Origin: Guillardia theta CCMP2712
Lineage: Eukaryota; Protista; Cryptophyta
Direction: 5' to 3'
Assembly (NCBI RefSeq): GCF_000315625.1
Contig: NW_005434657.1
Span: 687,551 to 751,550 of the forward strand
Length of the DNA stretch: 64,000 nucleotides
This document shows, in pieces, positions 1 through 15,563 of this stretch. The first letter of the stretch is position 1; each line of letters begins with the position of its first letter. The notes below the pieces were generated by a model. It worked only from the letters and a program-made list of their open reading frames with translations. It was not told the DNA's origin and did no database searches. The position numbers were made by a program, and so were the translations under genes.

Positions 1-595
1 AAAGTGCCTCAAGCAGAACAAAGCAGGAACAAGCTAAACCTGCATGCACACAGCGCACTGCACAAACATACACAAAAAACAAGACTCAGAGCGAAGCCAG
101 CAGTGCTGGTTACTTTCGGTTGATGACGGATTTACTGGCAGAAGGTCTTATGTTTCGTGTGGCAAGTTGAGCCGCATTTGTTGCTGTGTTCCGTATTTTT
201 ACCTTCTGCGAGTAAAACTCAGATCGATGCAGCTAGCGACGCTCCTTCTCCTGTGCCACTGTCTGATGATCTCTAAAGAGTTTTACTCACACACCACTGC
301 CCCCAGCGGCTCTGCCTGACCCAATTGGCGAAACAGAGGAGGGGCTTCGTCGACTGACCAGCGGTCACTCGTAGGTCTTGTTTGTTCTCAACGTGACTCA
401 GAGTCCGGGCCCGGTCAGTGCTGAGACGTTGGGCCGGGCCGGCCGTCTTCCGAAGTTCTATGATGCGTCCGGCCAGTTCTCTGAGGCGGGTTCAGAAGTT
501 GAGATTGTTGACAAGGCGGCGAGATGGCGAGATGAAGATGCAAGATGGAAGCGGAGGCTGCAGGATGGCAGGGAGGGAAGGGGAAGAGGAAGAGC

Positions 596-4531
<3,936 letters not shown>

Positions 4532-4622
4532 GAATAGAGGAGGAAGTGAGACGGGAAGGAGGGAGGGAAGGAAAGGGGTTGGATGGATGGAGGGATGGAT
4601 GGAGGGATGGATGGAGGGAGGG

Positions 4623-4795
4623 NNNNNNNNNNNNNNNNNNNNNNNNNNNNNNNNNNNNNNNNNNNNNNNNNNNNNNNNNNNNNNNNNNNNNNNNNNNNNN
4701 NNNNNNNNNNNNNNNNNNNNNNNNNNNNNNNNNNNNNNNNNNNNNNNNNNNNNNNNNNNNNNNNNNNNNNNNNNNNNNNNNNNNNNNNNNNNNNN
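4623..4795. other. Assembly gap
   Basis: N run. Confidence 1.
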
Positions 4796-5555
4796 AAAAG
4801 AGTCTTGTCTCGGTCACATGATGTGTTACGTGACCGGTCAGGGGAGCCTCTCAGCATGGTCACAGAGCGTGAGGGAGGGGAGAGGCGTCTGACTGTTCGT
4901 CTAGCATCTGAACCAGTTGAAGTTGCTGCTCAAGTTCCCTCAGCCCAACCAGCCTAGTGACTCATCAAACACCGTCTATGAAAGGCAGCGCCGTGCCATC
5001 CCGTCACAGCTGATGCTAGGAAGAGGTGAGACAAGTAAATGCGAACACGAATCGAGATGTTTCTCTAACACATGAATTCTCAGAACGTTCCAGCTGAGAT
5101 TCTTTTATCTCACCGTCGTGTTAGCACTGTGAATGGCAAACATCAGAGTCTGTTGCGCGGATGATATGAAAGATGCGACGAAGAGCAAGAGTATCAAGCG
5201 TTTTCATGCTAGACGAGCGCGGTCGATGCTGTCTGATGGGAGAGAGCAGCAAGGAGAGGGTCAAGGAAGCAGAGAGGCTGAAGAACAGCCAAGGGCTTGT
5301 ACCTTCGCTGTCTGCTCATTCTCCGTTCGTTCTTCCCGCTGTCCTTTCACCGTGTGAGGATCATCGGGATGGAGCGAACAATGTAGGAGGTGGGAGGGGA
5401 ATAGTGAAAGACAGCAGAGGAGAATTAGGTTCAGAGCTTCCTCCTTCCGCCCTCGTCCGTCAACTTCGTCAAGGATGCCATCAAGAGCGCTAGTTCACAA
5501 GTAAAATCCTTCCGGCTCCAAGTCTACAAACTATTTCCGCCTCCTCTCGTCGATC

Positions 5556-6853
5556 TTATCCAATCTTCACCTTGCTGTCACCATCGATGAACTCGTAAGG
5601 AGGGACCTGCAGGAGCCTTTCACCTCGCCTCCTCACTAGCTCTCTCCTCACCTCGAGGTTAAGCGGGGCCGGCCCCTTTCGGATGCGAGCGGACGCGTCG
5701 TAGTGGGAGCCGTGGCAGGGGCAGAACCAACCTCCCTTGAAGTCACCCGCGTTCGAGATGGGAACGCAACCAAGATGCGTGCAAACTCCGAGCACGATGA
5801 GAACCTGAAGCCAGTGAGGAGCAGCGGCGAGGAGAGGCGACAAACCTCCTCCTTGATGCGACGAGCCTTGTCGGACTGCGGGTCCCTCAATGACTTCCAG
5901 TCGACCGCGTTGATGTCATCCAACTCCTCCTGCGTTCGCTTCTTGATGAAGACAGGTTTCCCTCTCCACCTGGACCAACGTGAGATAAAAAGCAGCGCGC
6001 GTTTCAACCCCTACTTGACTACGATACATCCTCCTGCAGGAATTCCATCCACAGGAACCTCAATGGATGCCAGGGCCAGCACGTCCGCTGAGGCGTTCAT
6101 ATAGTGCACGAACTTGAGCACGGCAAGGCGAGCTGCTGAGGCGTAGAAGAATCTACCAAGCTTGTCACCAACAGCCATGCAGTTTTTGGCGGCCAAGCTG
6201 CACATGCCGCCTCACAGACCTTGCGGTTCCCATCATGAAGTAAGCGAAGGCACGACGAGAAGGATCTCCAGGCTGCAGCCTTCCCTGGTTCGGAAGCGCA
6301 TCCTTGCCGGAGTAAGCGTCGAGAGCTGCCATTTCCGTGAGCGTCGTTAGGTGCTTCGACATGACACCGCACCATAGTCATCAGTTCCCGGCATGGCTCC
6401 TCCTGGCGTCTTGATGGTAACAGGATGGATGCTGTTGGTCGTCATGGAGACAACCTTGGCGTCACTCTGCAATCCTCTGCCTGGAGATTAAAAAGTTATG
6501 ACGAGGTGCTTGCAGAAAGGTACATCCATCCGTTGGCTATTCTCTCAAGGAGATGCTGATCCTCAGGTTGATACACATAAGGCTTCACAATCCAGCATAT
6601 CAAATGCACTAGACTATTCACAAATCTTTTCAAACAACATTGTGGAACTCGGAAAATCGATCATTCTGGCCACACCGAAACGGCGACGGGGGATAGGAGA
6701 AGGTTTGAAGGGAAGGGGAGCGGGAGAGGGGAGAAGAGTTGGCAGGAAGGACTCACTCTGGCTTGACAGGAGCGGGCGAAGGGGGAGAGAGGAAAACCCC
6801 AGGGCCCCACGAGCCCCGCATGAAAGCCGCAGAAGCGAACGGCCGAGGAGCAT
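5556..6853 (-). CDS. UQCRFS1: Mitochondrial cytochrome bc1 Rieske iron-sulfur protein (multi-exon)
   Basis: Rieske boxes CTHLGC and CPCHGSHY. Also [24 protein letters not shown]|[15 protein letters not shown] and [11 protein letters not shown]. Arg/Leu-rich transit peptide [19 protein letters not shown] from 6853. Confidence 0.97.
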
Positions 6854-7358
6854 GGCGACGAAACCTTTTTTAACAAAGTGGGTGGGGGGTACTATATTTG
6901 CCTTTCAAGAACCGGGTAGTTAGCAGATATCAGGTAGGTAGGGGTCATGAAAGCGAGGGTAGCCGCCAGCTATCTGGGAGGTAGGGTGATGGACCCCGCG
7001 ATTTAGGCATAAAGTGGGTCGTTTGAACATGTAGAGGATCAGTGGACTACCCCCCTTTTGCTAGGTTTTTTAGGGGTAGGGGTATCCACAGAGCAACAGC
7101 GCAGCCTCGAGTTCAGGCCTAGAAGGGGGTAGAGAGTGCGAAAAAGAGGGGTAGTCGTCGTGACAGGGGTGGTAAGTAAGGGAACAGAGAGGTTGTAAGC
7201 TTACCGTTACAAACCGTTTCTGAAAGTTAAAATGTTTTCTTTCCAATTGTCCGCGCGACCTCAAACTTGAGATCAACAGAATCCTTCATGTACAACGCCG
7301 ACCAAGATGCGGCGAAAACCTGCGAAGATGAGACATGGTGAAGTGAACCAATCACATA

Positions 7359-7525
7359 GATGGAGATGTAGATGGAGATGGAGATGGAGATGGAGATGGA
7401 GATGTAGATGGAGATGGAGATGGAGATGGAGATGGAGATGGAGATGGAGATGGAGATGTAGATGGAGATGGAGGTGGAGATGGAGATGGAGATGGAGATG
7501 GAGATGGAGATGGAGGTGGAGATGG
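7359..7525 (+). repeat. (GGAGAT)n hexamer microsatellite
   Basis: Tandem hexamer upstream of the GT23 gene. Confidence 0.9.
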
Positions 7526-7596
7526 AGGGAATGATGGCGGTGAAGACTAAAGAGATGAGAGATTCACATGGAGATTGCTGTGGTGACGATGATGGG

Positions 7597-9196
7597 ATGA
7601 CCTTGGCGTATCAGATAAGGAGTCTAGCTCTGCTGCGGCTGCCGCGAACTCTGTTGCTGCTGCTGTTGGTTGTGAGAGTACCAGGGCTAAAAGCGCCGGA
7701 GGATGTGAACGCCAAGGACACGAGCGAGACTTTGGAAGGTGATGTCATCGCTCCCAGTACCTCATGACGAATCCTTTCGGGCAGATTGGAGAGCAGGAGA
7801 GCATGTGAGTGCTGCTATTCGCCATTACGGTGAGGCTCGCTCTTTCGCTCCTATCTTCATCTCCTTGCAGGCAGCAGGATTCGCAGCAGCAACGCCTCAG
7901 CGAACGACTTCCATCACCTGGTCTCTGCTCTTCGCTTTGCTGGAAGGTGAGGACAAGGAGAAGGAGAGCGAGGCGAGGAAGGCACAAGACTTAACTTATG
8001 CCCCCCCCCTCCTCCTCCTCTCTCTCGTGCTTCTCTCGTGCTTCTCTCGTGCTTCTCTCGTGCTTCTCTCGTGCTTCTCTTGTGCTTCTCTTGTGCTTCT
8101 CTTGTGCTTCTCTTGTGCTTCTCTTGTGCTTCTCTTCAGCTTGTGAACATGACAGCAGGATTGAGGAGAGTGCAAACATCCTGAAGGCCGGGATGGAGGT
8201 GCCTTGCCTGGCCTGGCCTTCTTTTCCCTTTCCTTTTCTGATTTCTTTGCTTGCCTGCCACCTCACTTGCTTTTCACATCTTCACTGCCACTTCTCTCCC
8301 TCTCTTTCTTATTGTGCTTGCAGACCGTGCCAGGCTTTGCTACGTTGCAAAACCTGCTGCTTCTGGGTAGTTTGCTTCGCTTGCAAGACAGGCATCCTAC
8401 CTCCCTGTCTCGCTGGTTCTCACGACCTGGCAGGCAGGACGAAGCGTGCGAGGCCTTCCAGCACGCGATCCTGTCTCATCCTCGGGAGGGAAAGTTGTAC
8501 TTGCAGCTGGCGATGACGATGGGCTCGTCCCTGCTCTCTCACTCCTCCTTTCCTCCTCCGTTCTCTTTATCTCGACATTCTCTCCTCTCGGTCGCTCGCT
8601 TGTGTCAGACTGCCACGCGACTCTCAGAGTGGACGGAGGAGACGAGGATGCAGTCTCTCATGCTCTCTGTCGCTCTCCTCCGAACCCTCCACGACTCGCG
8701 AGCTCCGCCTCTCCTTCGCCGCATCCTTCGAATGGATGCGACGGCATGGCATCGCTACGAACAGCACGTGATGGCAACAGGGGAGGAGGACGATGCGAGG
8801 GACGAAGGCAGAGGCGAGGAAGAGTTGCGAGCTCAACGACTGCTGGACTCTACCTGGAACGACTTGCAACATCCGCGCGACTGCTCTAAGAAGCGAAAAG
8901 TTCTCTTCAGTGAGCTCGAATTGTGGCTCCTCCACCTAACCTGCTGGACTAGAGCTGGAAGGAAACATCTTCGGGCTGGGAGCTCAGCTTCACCTTCTCA
9001 CTCTCGTTGCAAGTTACGCATGGAGGTCAGGGGAAGGAGGGGGATGATGATGGAGAGGGGAAATTAGAAGGAAGTTGTGTATGATGATGATGATGATGGA
9101 GATGATGATGATGGAGATGATGATGATGATGATGATGGAGATGATGATGGAGATGATGATGATGATGATGATGATGGAGATGATGGAGATGATGGA

Positions 9197-9246
<50 letters not shown>

Positions 9247-10309
9247 GATGATGATCATGATGATGATGATGGTAAAGGCGTGTGTAACTGTTCGACAGGT
9301 GGTGGTGTTGATTCTCCTACTCATGAGCACGGCTTCTCTCGCCGCTGTGTCCACTCTACATGGGATGAAGTACACAGTCGCTGAGACNNNNNNNNNNNNN
9401 NNNNNNNNNNNNNNNNNNNNNNNNNNNNNNNNNNNNNNNNNNNNNNNNNNNNNNNNNNNNNNNNNNNNNNNNNNNNNNNNNNNNNNNGGAGGAGGGAGGA
9501 GGGAGGAGGGAGGAGGGAGGAGGGAGGGAGGGTCGGCAGCGGTTGTTACAGGACGGGAGATGGAGGTGGCGCTGGACTAACTTTGATGAGAGGCATGGCG
9601 ACAAGGTGTGGGAGGAAGCTCCTCACGTTTCACTTGCGAGCTACTTGGAGGCGATTCGTGAGCGTCTGAAGCAGCTGAGACGAGGGAGGCGAAGAGGAGA
9701 AGGAAGTTGGCAAGGAAGAAGAGAGGTCGTGTTCCTCTCAACGGACTCAACTAAGGTCAAACCCTCCGCTGCTCTGCCTCTTCTCTTGTCCTTCTTCGTT
9801 CCTTCCGGAGCACCTGCTGACCAGCCTCAGGTGGTGCAGGAGATGAGGAGGATGGCGCCGGAGCTCGATCTGCGAGTCTTCTCGGAGAAGAGAAACCAGG
9901 GCGTCGCCTTCTCTCTCCTCGTCCACACCCATGCGATCAACGTCACCCGCTATGCCCTGGATGCTCTCGCTAATCTGCATACCCTTGCGGTAAAGGAGGA
10001 GGAGGAGGAGGAGGAGGAGGAGGAGGAGGAGGGAGTTATGTCCTTACCATGCGCTAGGACTCCACTGCCCTCGTCGCCACCTTCTCCTCCAATTTTGGAC
10101 GCGCGGCACTGGAGCTGCAGTTGTCTCGCTACTTTGAGGCCCTGCGGGTCTGTGAGGAGAAGGAGGGCGGGCACGAGCCCGACGAAGTTGTGCGATGCGC
10201 AGGGCCGCACAGGAAGTCGCCTCCTCTGTCGCTTGACTTCACGTGCGGAGCCTCTTCCTCCTCTTTCACTTCGTTTATTTGTCGGAGCAGGTGGTACGCG
10301 GACCCATAG
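7597..10309 (+). CDS. Alpha-1,6-fucosyltransferase-like (GT23/FUT8 family) with N-terminal TPR-like helices
   Basis: LQHPRDCSKKRK (FUT8 LQNPKDCSKAKK), FGLGAQLH, RHGDKVWEEA (motif I, RRTDK in FUT8), VFLSTDS (motif II), ALVATFSSNFGRAALELQ (motif III), and SLDFT|WWYADP* ending at 10309. TPR-like DEACEAFQHAILSHPREGKLYLQLA. N-terminal hydrophobic segment. An N gap lies inside the gene. Confidence 0.85.
8022..8136 (+). repeat. 11-bp minisatellite (CTTCTCTYGTG)n, intronic
   Basis: Tandem 11-mers ending just before the acceptor AG. Confidence 0.9.
9082..9270 (+). repeat. (GAT)n microsatellite, intronic
   Basis: Tandem GAT/GGA. Confidence 0.9.
9388..9487. other. Assembly gap
   Basis: 100 N. Confidence 1.
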
Positions 10310-10412
10310 GCGAGCAGGGAGAAGAGACGGAGAGTGAACTTCTAGCTGTCGGGGGGGGTGGAGGGGAAGGGGGAGAAGGAGGAGACAGTGGAGGAGATGG
10401 CTGCAATGAGAC

Positions 10413-12088
10413 CTACTCGTCCTGTGAGACGTATCTGTTTCGCCCGTCAGATTCTCAAGCATGTGCAACAGCAAGCCTTCTCACTGAGCGAGCATCTGAC
10501 GTTTCTTCGCCGCAAGAGCCGCTCGCTCCAGCTCCTCCCTGCTTGGTACCGCGACATGGGCGACGAACGAGTCGCTCTTGTCCTGCGGCTCGTCTGTTCC
10601 AGCAAGTCACATCTGGAAATCTCGCGGGCTCTTCCACCTTCGTCGTCGTCGTCTTTCTGCACGCCTCCCTTCTCCTGCCTCTCCGTCCACTCCAGCACCT
10701 GCTCCCTGCGGTCAACCATCTGTGATGCAGGACAAGAGACATTACCGCTTGCGCGACGGCTTCCTGCTCAGCAGCATTCTCAAGCGGGAGCAAGATTGTG
10801 TCGTCCTCATCGCGATAGCCGAAGTAGGAGGCATCTGCAAGCCTCATGAGGGAGCAGGAAGAAAGCGGGTCAGGCGGTACCAGCACACTTGTACATGTCA
10901 GTGCGACTAGCAGGCGAGTGAGTGAAGGAACAACGGGATGAGGTCATGACCGAACCTTCTCTTGGCGGCTGGAGTTTCATGATCGCTCTTGAACAGCTCG
11001 CGAACACCAGGAAGATCCTTAGCGGCTCCGAAGTACTTGTAGCCCTTCGTGCCGGGTACCTTGTCGCAAGTCAGTCGCTTCTCTCTCCTCGTCCCCTTGA
11101 ACTCACCTCCTTGCCATCTGCGTCCAGCACACTCGAAGATTTCTAGCAAGTCGCATACAGTGAGCATGGACCGAGTGGGGAAGGGGCAACCAAGGAGGGG
11201 AAGAGAAGAGGGAAGAGCAACCGAGGAGATGGGGGAGAAGGAGGGGAGGAGGGAGGAGAGGAGAGAGGGGAGGAGGGAGGAGGGAGGAGGGAGGAGGGAG
11301 GAGGGAGGAGGGAGGAGGGAGGAAGTTAACGAGATAACAAGGAAGAAGTGGTGAGGGAGCACCAAGTAGTTTGGGCCTCCGAGCTCAATGATGCGACGCT
11401 CCCAATTCGTTTTTTCTCGGCAGAGTCGGTTGATCTGATCGTTGAGGTCGCGTATCTTGAACTCTCCGAGCCCAGGGTTCTGAATCTCCGCGACCTGCCG
11501 GGATATGACGGGGGGAAGCGAGGCAGAGACAAGTGCAGGAGAACCTTCTTAGTGATGACTCCCACTATCTGCCTCCTCCACTTCTCTGCCTCTGGCAGGG
11601 ATTCGACCATAGTGGCGGAGTATGGCCTTCTCTCCTTCTTCTTGTTGTCTTCCCCGGACTAGATGGAAGAATAAGAGAGCACAAGGGGTTAACTCCAGCA
11701 TGCAAGGCTTCAGATATGTGCGTGCGACGGCAAGGGTAGGGGACCAGCTGCGACCCGCCAGCAGCAAAAACACGAAAATGTTGAAAGCGAGAACGCAAAA
11801 GTACGAGCAAGGAGTTGTGGAGAGGAGAAGGAATACCAATCCGATATGAGAGAAGAAGAAGTTCACGGACACGGAAGCGAGTACCACAGAGAGGTAGGTA
11901 GAAGGAAGAGGGCATATGAACAACGATGAGGACACAAATCAGGAGGACAAGGGAGGGGCGGCAAGGAGAGGAGGTGGAGTAGGGAGCAAGGAGGTAGAGG
12001 TATCAGGTGCCTCAAGCCATCTTCTTCTCACCTGCACCCGCAGCCATCGGTTCAACATCGACATCGCCTTCTCCTCGTTACGCGCCAT
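10413..12088 (-). CDS. ISY1: Pre-mRNA splicing factor ISY1
   Basis: MARNEEKAMSMLNRW at 12088. Also EAEKWRRQIV, IQNPGLGEFKIRDLNDQINRLCREK, GYKYFGAAKDLPGVRELF, YFGYRDEDD and FVAHVAVPS. Last exon YVSQDE*. Confidence 0.96.
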
Positions 12089-12204
12089 TGCTCGCGCTCC
12101 TTCTGGCAGTTACAGAAATCGTTACGAATAAATCCTTGGAACCGTTGAGAAACCGTTTCATTGCGAAACCCTGCCCATTTCTATTTCACATTTTCCATGC
12201 TGTG
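12089..12204. promoter_or_regulatory. Putative bidirectional promoter, ISY1 / DDX20-like
   Basis: Only 116 bp between divergent ATGs; contains tandem ACCGTT / AAACCGTTTC. Confidence 0.6.
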
Positions 12205-13062
12205 ATGAGGCGGCGAGCAAGAACTAGGGACGTGGAGGAGGAGGAGGAGGAGGAGGAGAGAGGAGGAGGAGAAGTAGACGAATACGTGACATGTCAAGAG
12301 ACGGCTGCGGAGAGAAGAGCAGCGATCGGGGATCACAACCAAGAGCACAACCGAGGGGAGCCATCGGAACGCTCGGCTGACCGAGCTGGGAGCGAAGGAG
12401 GAGGAACGAGGGACTTCAGAGCCTTGATGCTCGACGAGCAGATAGTGAAGGGGCTGGAAGAGGCCGGCTATATCCGTCCATCCCCTGTGCAGCTTCGAGC
12501 CATTCCACTTGGAAACGTAAGGCAGCATGACCTGCGTTTCTGTGCATTTACGATGATTTCAGATGGGGTTGGATCTGATCGTTCAGGCAAAGTCAGGCAC
12601 AGGCAAGACCTGCGTGTTTGCCGTCATCATCCTCCAGTCCCTCTCATTGAACTTCAACGGCGTTCAAGCGCTTGTGCTTTCGCACACGCGAGAGTTGGCT
12701 TACCAAACGCGAGACGTGATCCGCTCAGTGGCTCGATTCATGTCAGGTCCGAAGAGCGAGAAGAGGGACAAGCAAGACAGGCGGAGCAAAGCAAGAGGAA
12801 GAGGGAGGGGGGAAATGCAGGGAGAGGGAAGAGGTGGGAGGGGAGGGGAGGGAGGAGGGGGATGGAAGCTGGGCGCGTGGTGGTGGTGGGGGAGGGGACT
12901 GGGGGGAGGTTAGCGATGGGTGTAGATTTTAGGGTTGAGGGTGAAACATGTTGTGACATGCATGAAAGGAATTCGTTGCGAAGCTTTTGTGGGAGGACTA
13001 CCAACTGAGAAAGACATTGAAAAGCTTAAGAGCGCTGAGAGCTGTCAGATAGTGGCAGGTAA

Positions 13063-13100
<38 letters not shown>

Positions 13101-14643
13101 GGAGGAGGAGGAGGAGGAGGAGGAGGGAAGGGGGGTTGGGTGGGTGGGTGCAGTGAGTAGGAGCTAAGACGTGTTTCAGGTACCCCAGGTCGACTGCGAG
13201 CACTGGTAGAGGCGAAGCATCTTGACTTGTCTGCTCTGCGTCAGCTGGTGAGGGAGGAGCGACGAGCTCGTAGACGAACGTGAATGAGTCGAGCAGGTGC
13301 TGGACGAGGTCGACGTCCTGCTGGAGGAGGAAGGGCTGCGACCTCAAGTTGAATTCTTCTTCAAAGTTTCTCCTCCTCGCAAACAGGTGTTCGACTGTCC
13401 CTCGTCCTCGTCCTCGTCCTCCTCATGATCCTTTCAGATCCTCGCTGTCAGCGCTACATTCACGGATGAGCTGCTCGCATACCTACATGCGCGTCTGTCT
13501 AATCCCCAGGTGGTGGAGGGAGCCAATGAGGCGAGAGGAAGAGGGGGAAGCAGAGACAAGAGGGGGAGGAGAGAGGAGGGGGATGGAGAGCAGGAGAGAG
13601 GGGAAGGGAGGGGGAGGGGCAGGAAGAGGGAGATGGAGAGAGGAGGGGAAAGCAGAGAGGAGCGAGGAGGAGGAATAAGCGTGAGTATTGCTGGTCAGGT
13701 CGTCAACGTGATTCGAGCCAACGTGGCGCTCAAGGGGGTCAAGCAGTTCGTCGAGTTTGTCGAGTCTCCTCGTGATGTGAGCGACGTGAACGCGAAGATG
13801 GAGAGGAGGATGATGGGGCTCGTGCGAGTACTTGAAAGCACTTCCTTCCATCAGTGTATCGTGTTCACGAATAGCAGGTGAGCTCTCACCCGTTCACATC
13901 CTCCTCATTCCTCCTGCTTCTTCTTCTTCTTCTTCGTTGCCATCGTAGCTCCTGCCTCCTGCTCTCCTCTCCTCACGTGTCTCTGCAGGACTCTTGGTCA
14001 GCGCGTCTGCCTGGTACTTGGCTCTCCTCCTCTCCTCCTCTCCTCCTTGACTTCCTGCAGCTTCTTGAGCGTCTTGGCTTCCCGTCATCCTTCACCTGCG
14101 GCGATCTCCCGCAGCCCGAGCGTCTCCGAGGTTATCGCCCTCCTCCTCGCCCTCCTCCTCGCCCTCCTCCTCGCCCTCCTCTTTGCCCTCCTCCTCGCCC
14201 TCCTCTTTGCCCTCCTTCTGCGGCTGCTCGTTCTTCTTCTCTGCCTCCTTCACTGCCAAATTCTGACGAGCTCCCAGCCCTCGAAAAGCTGCGTAACTTC
14301 GAGATCAGAGTATGAAGAGAGAGGGAGGGAGAGAGAGAGAGGGAGAGGAGACAAGGTGAGACAGCATGAGAGCTGTCGCAGGTGCTTGTTTCCTCCGACG
14401 TCTCCTCGCGAGGGATTGATGTCGACCGGATTAACATGGTGGTCAACTTGGAGCTGCCCTCCTCCCACGAGACTTACCTGCACCGGTTGCTGGAGGACGA
14501 GGAGGAGGGCGGGGCTGAGGGAGCCGCAGGATAGGGAGGACGGGAAGGTTCGGCACGTATGGGGTAGCGGTGACCATCACAGTTGGAGAGGAAGAGAAAC
14601 AGCGGCTGGAGGTGATCCCGACGAGCCTCCTCCTCCTCCTCCT

Positions 14644-14675
<32 letters not shown>

Positions 14676-14944
14676 CCCTGCCCCTGCCCCTGCTGCTGCC
14701 GCTGCCTCTCCTTCTGCTACCACCCTGCTGCTCCTGCTCCCCCTCGTAGCTTGAAACAATCGAACCTGAAGTATCCGTAGACGATGAGCAAGTCGCTGAA
14801 CATCACCATAGAGCCGAAGCCTGACGTGATTCCAGCGGTACATCTCACCAGATCTCATGCATCCCCTCCCCTCTCCTGCTCCTGTTGACTGACGAAATCT
14901 CAGGAATTTTATGATTTTGAAATCGTCGATGACGAAGAGGTTCA

Positions 14945-14979
<35 letters not shown>

Positions 14980-15394
14980 TCCTCCTCCTCCTCCTCCTCC
15001 TCCTCCTCATACTTGTGCTCATTGTTGTGCTACAGAAGCAAAAGTTGGACCTCATGAATGCGAAGCGAGCAGAGCAGGTGACGCTGCTGCTCCTATCCCT
15101 CCCTCTACTTCCCTCTCCCACGGCGCCTCCTCTCCTTGGCGATCTTGTTGACTTTCTTGTTGACTTTCTTGTTGACTTTCTTATGACTTTCTTATTGACT
15201 TTCTTATTGACTTTCTTATGACTTTCTTGTTGACTTTCTTATGACTTTCTTATGACTTTCTTGTTGACTTTCTTATGACTTTCTTATTGACTTTCTTGTT
15301 GACTTTCTCACAGGCGCACAAGAAGAACATCCTCAAGGAGCTGCAGGAAATCTCACGCGCTGACAGGAAGAAGTCCAGGGGTCTGTCCCCCTAA
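12205..15394 (+). CDS. DDX20: DEAD-box RNA helicase, DDX20/Gemin3-like
   Basis: GYIRPSPVQLRAIPLG|MGLDLIVQAKSGTGKTCVF closely matches DDX20. Also HTRELA, GG, GTPGRL, VLDEVD, SATF, QCIVFTN, SRGIDV and YLHRIGRTGRFG. Stop TAA 15392-15394. Confidence 0.88.
15145..15310 (+). repeat. 11-12 bp minisatellite (core TGACTTTCTT) x14 in the last DDX20 intron
   Basis: 14 copies of GACTTTCT counted, running up to the CACAG acceptor. Confidence 0.95.
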
Positions 15395-15563
15395 TGCTGC
15401 TGCTGCTGCTGCTGCTGCTGCTCCTCCTCCTCCTCCTCCTCCTCCTCCCGCTGCTGCTGCAGCTGCAGCTGCTGCAGCTGCTGCTGCTGCTGCTGCTGCT
15501 CATCCTCCTCCCGCTGCTGCTGCTGGTGCTTTTGTGCTGCTGCTGCTGATTTTCTTGGATCTT

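Noticed and set aside
1-590. Short ORFs upstream of the LysM gene
   Set aside because: No recognisable motif or consistent splice pattern
4800-5500. ORFs at 5133-5493
   Set aside because: Short, no recognisable homology, next to a gap
7307-7534. WR/ME dipeptide-repeat ORFs
   Set aside because: Products of the (GGAGAT)n microsatellite
15145-15310. CRISPR-like array
   Set aside because: Tandem units without unique spacers, inside a eukaryotic intron
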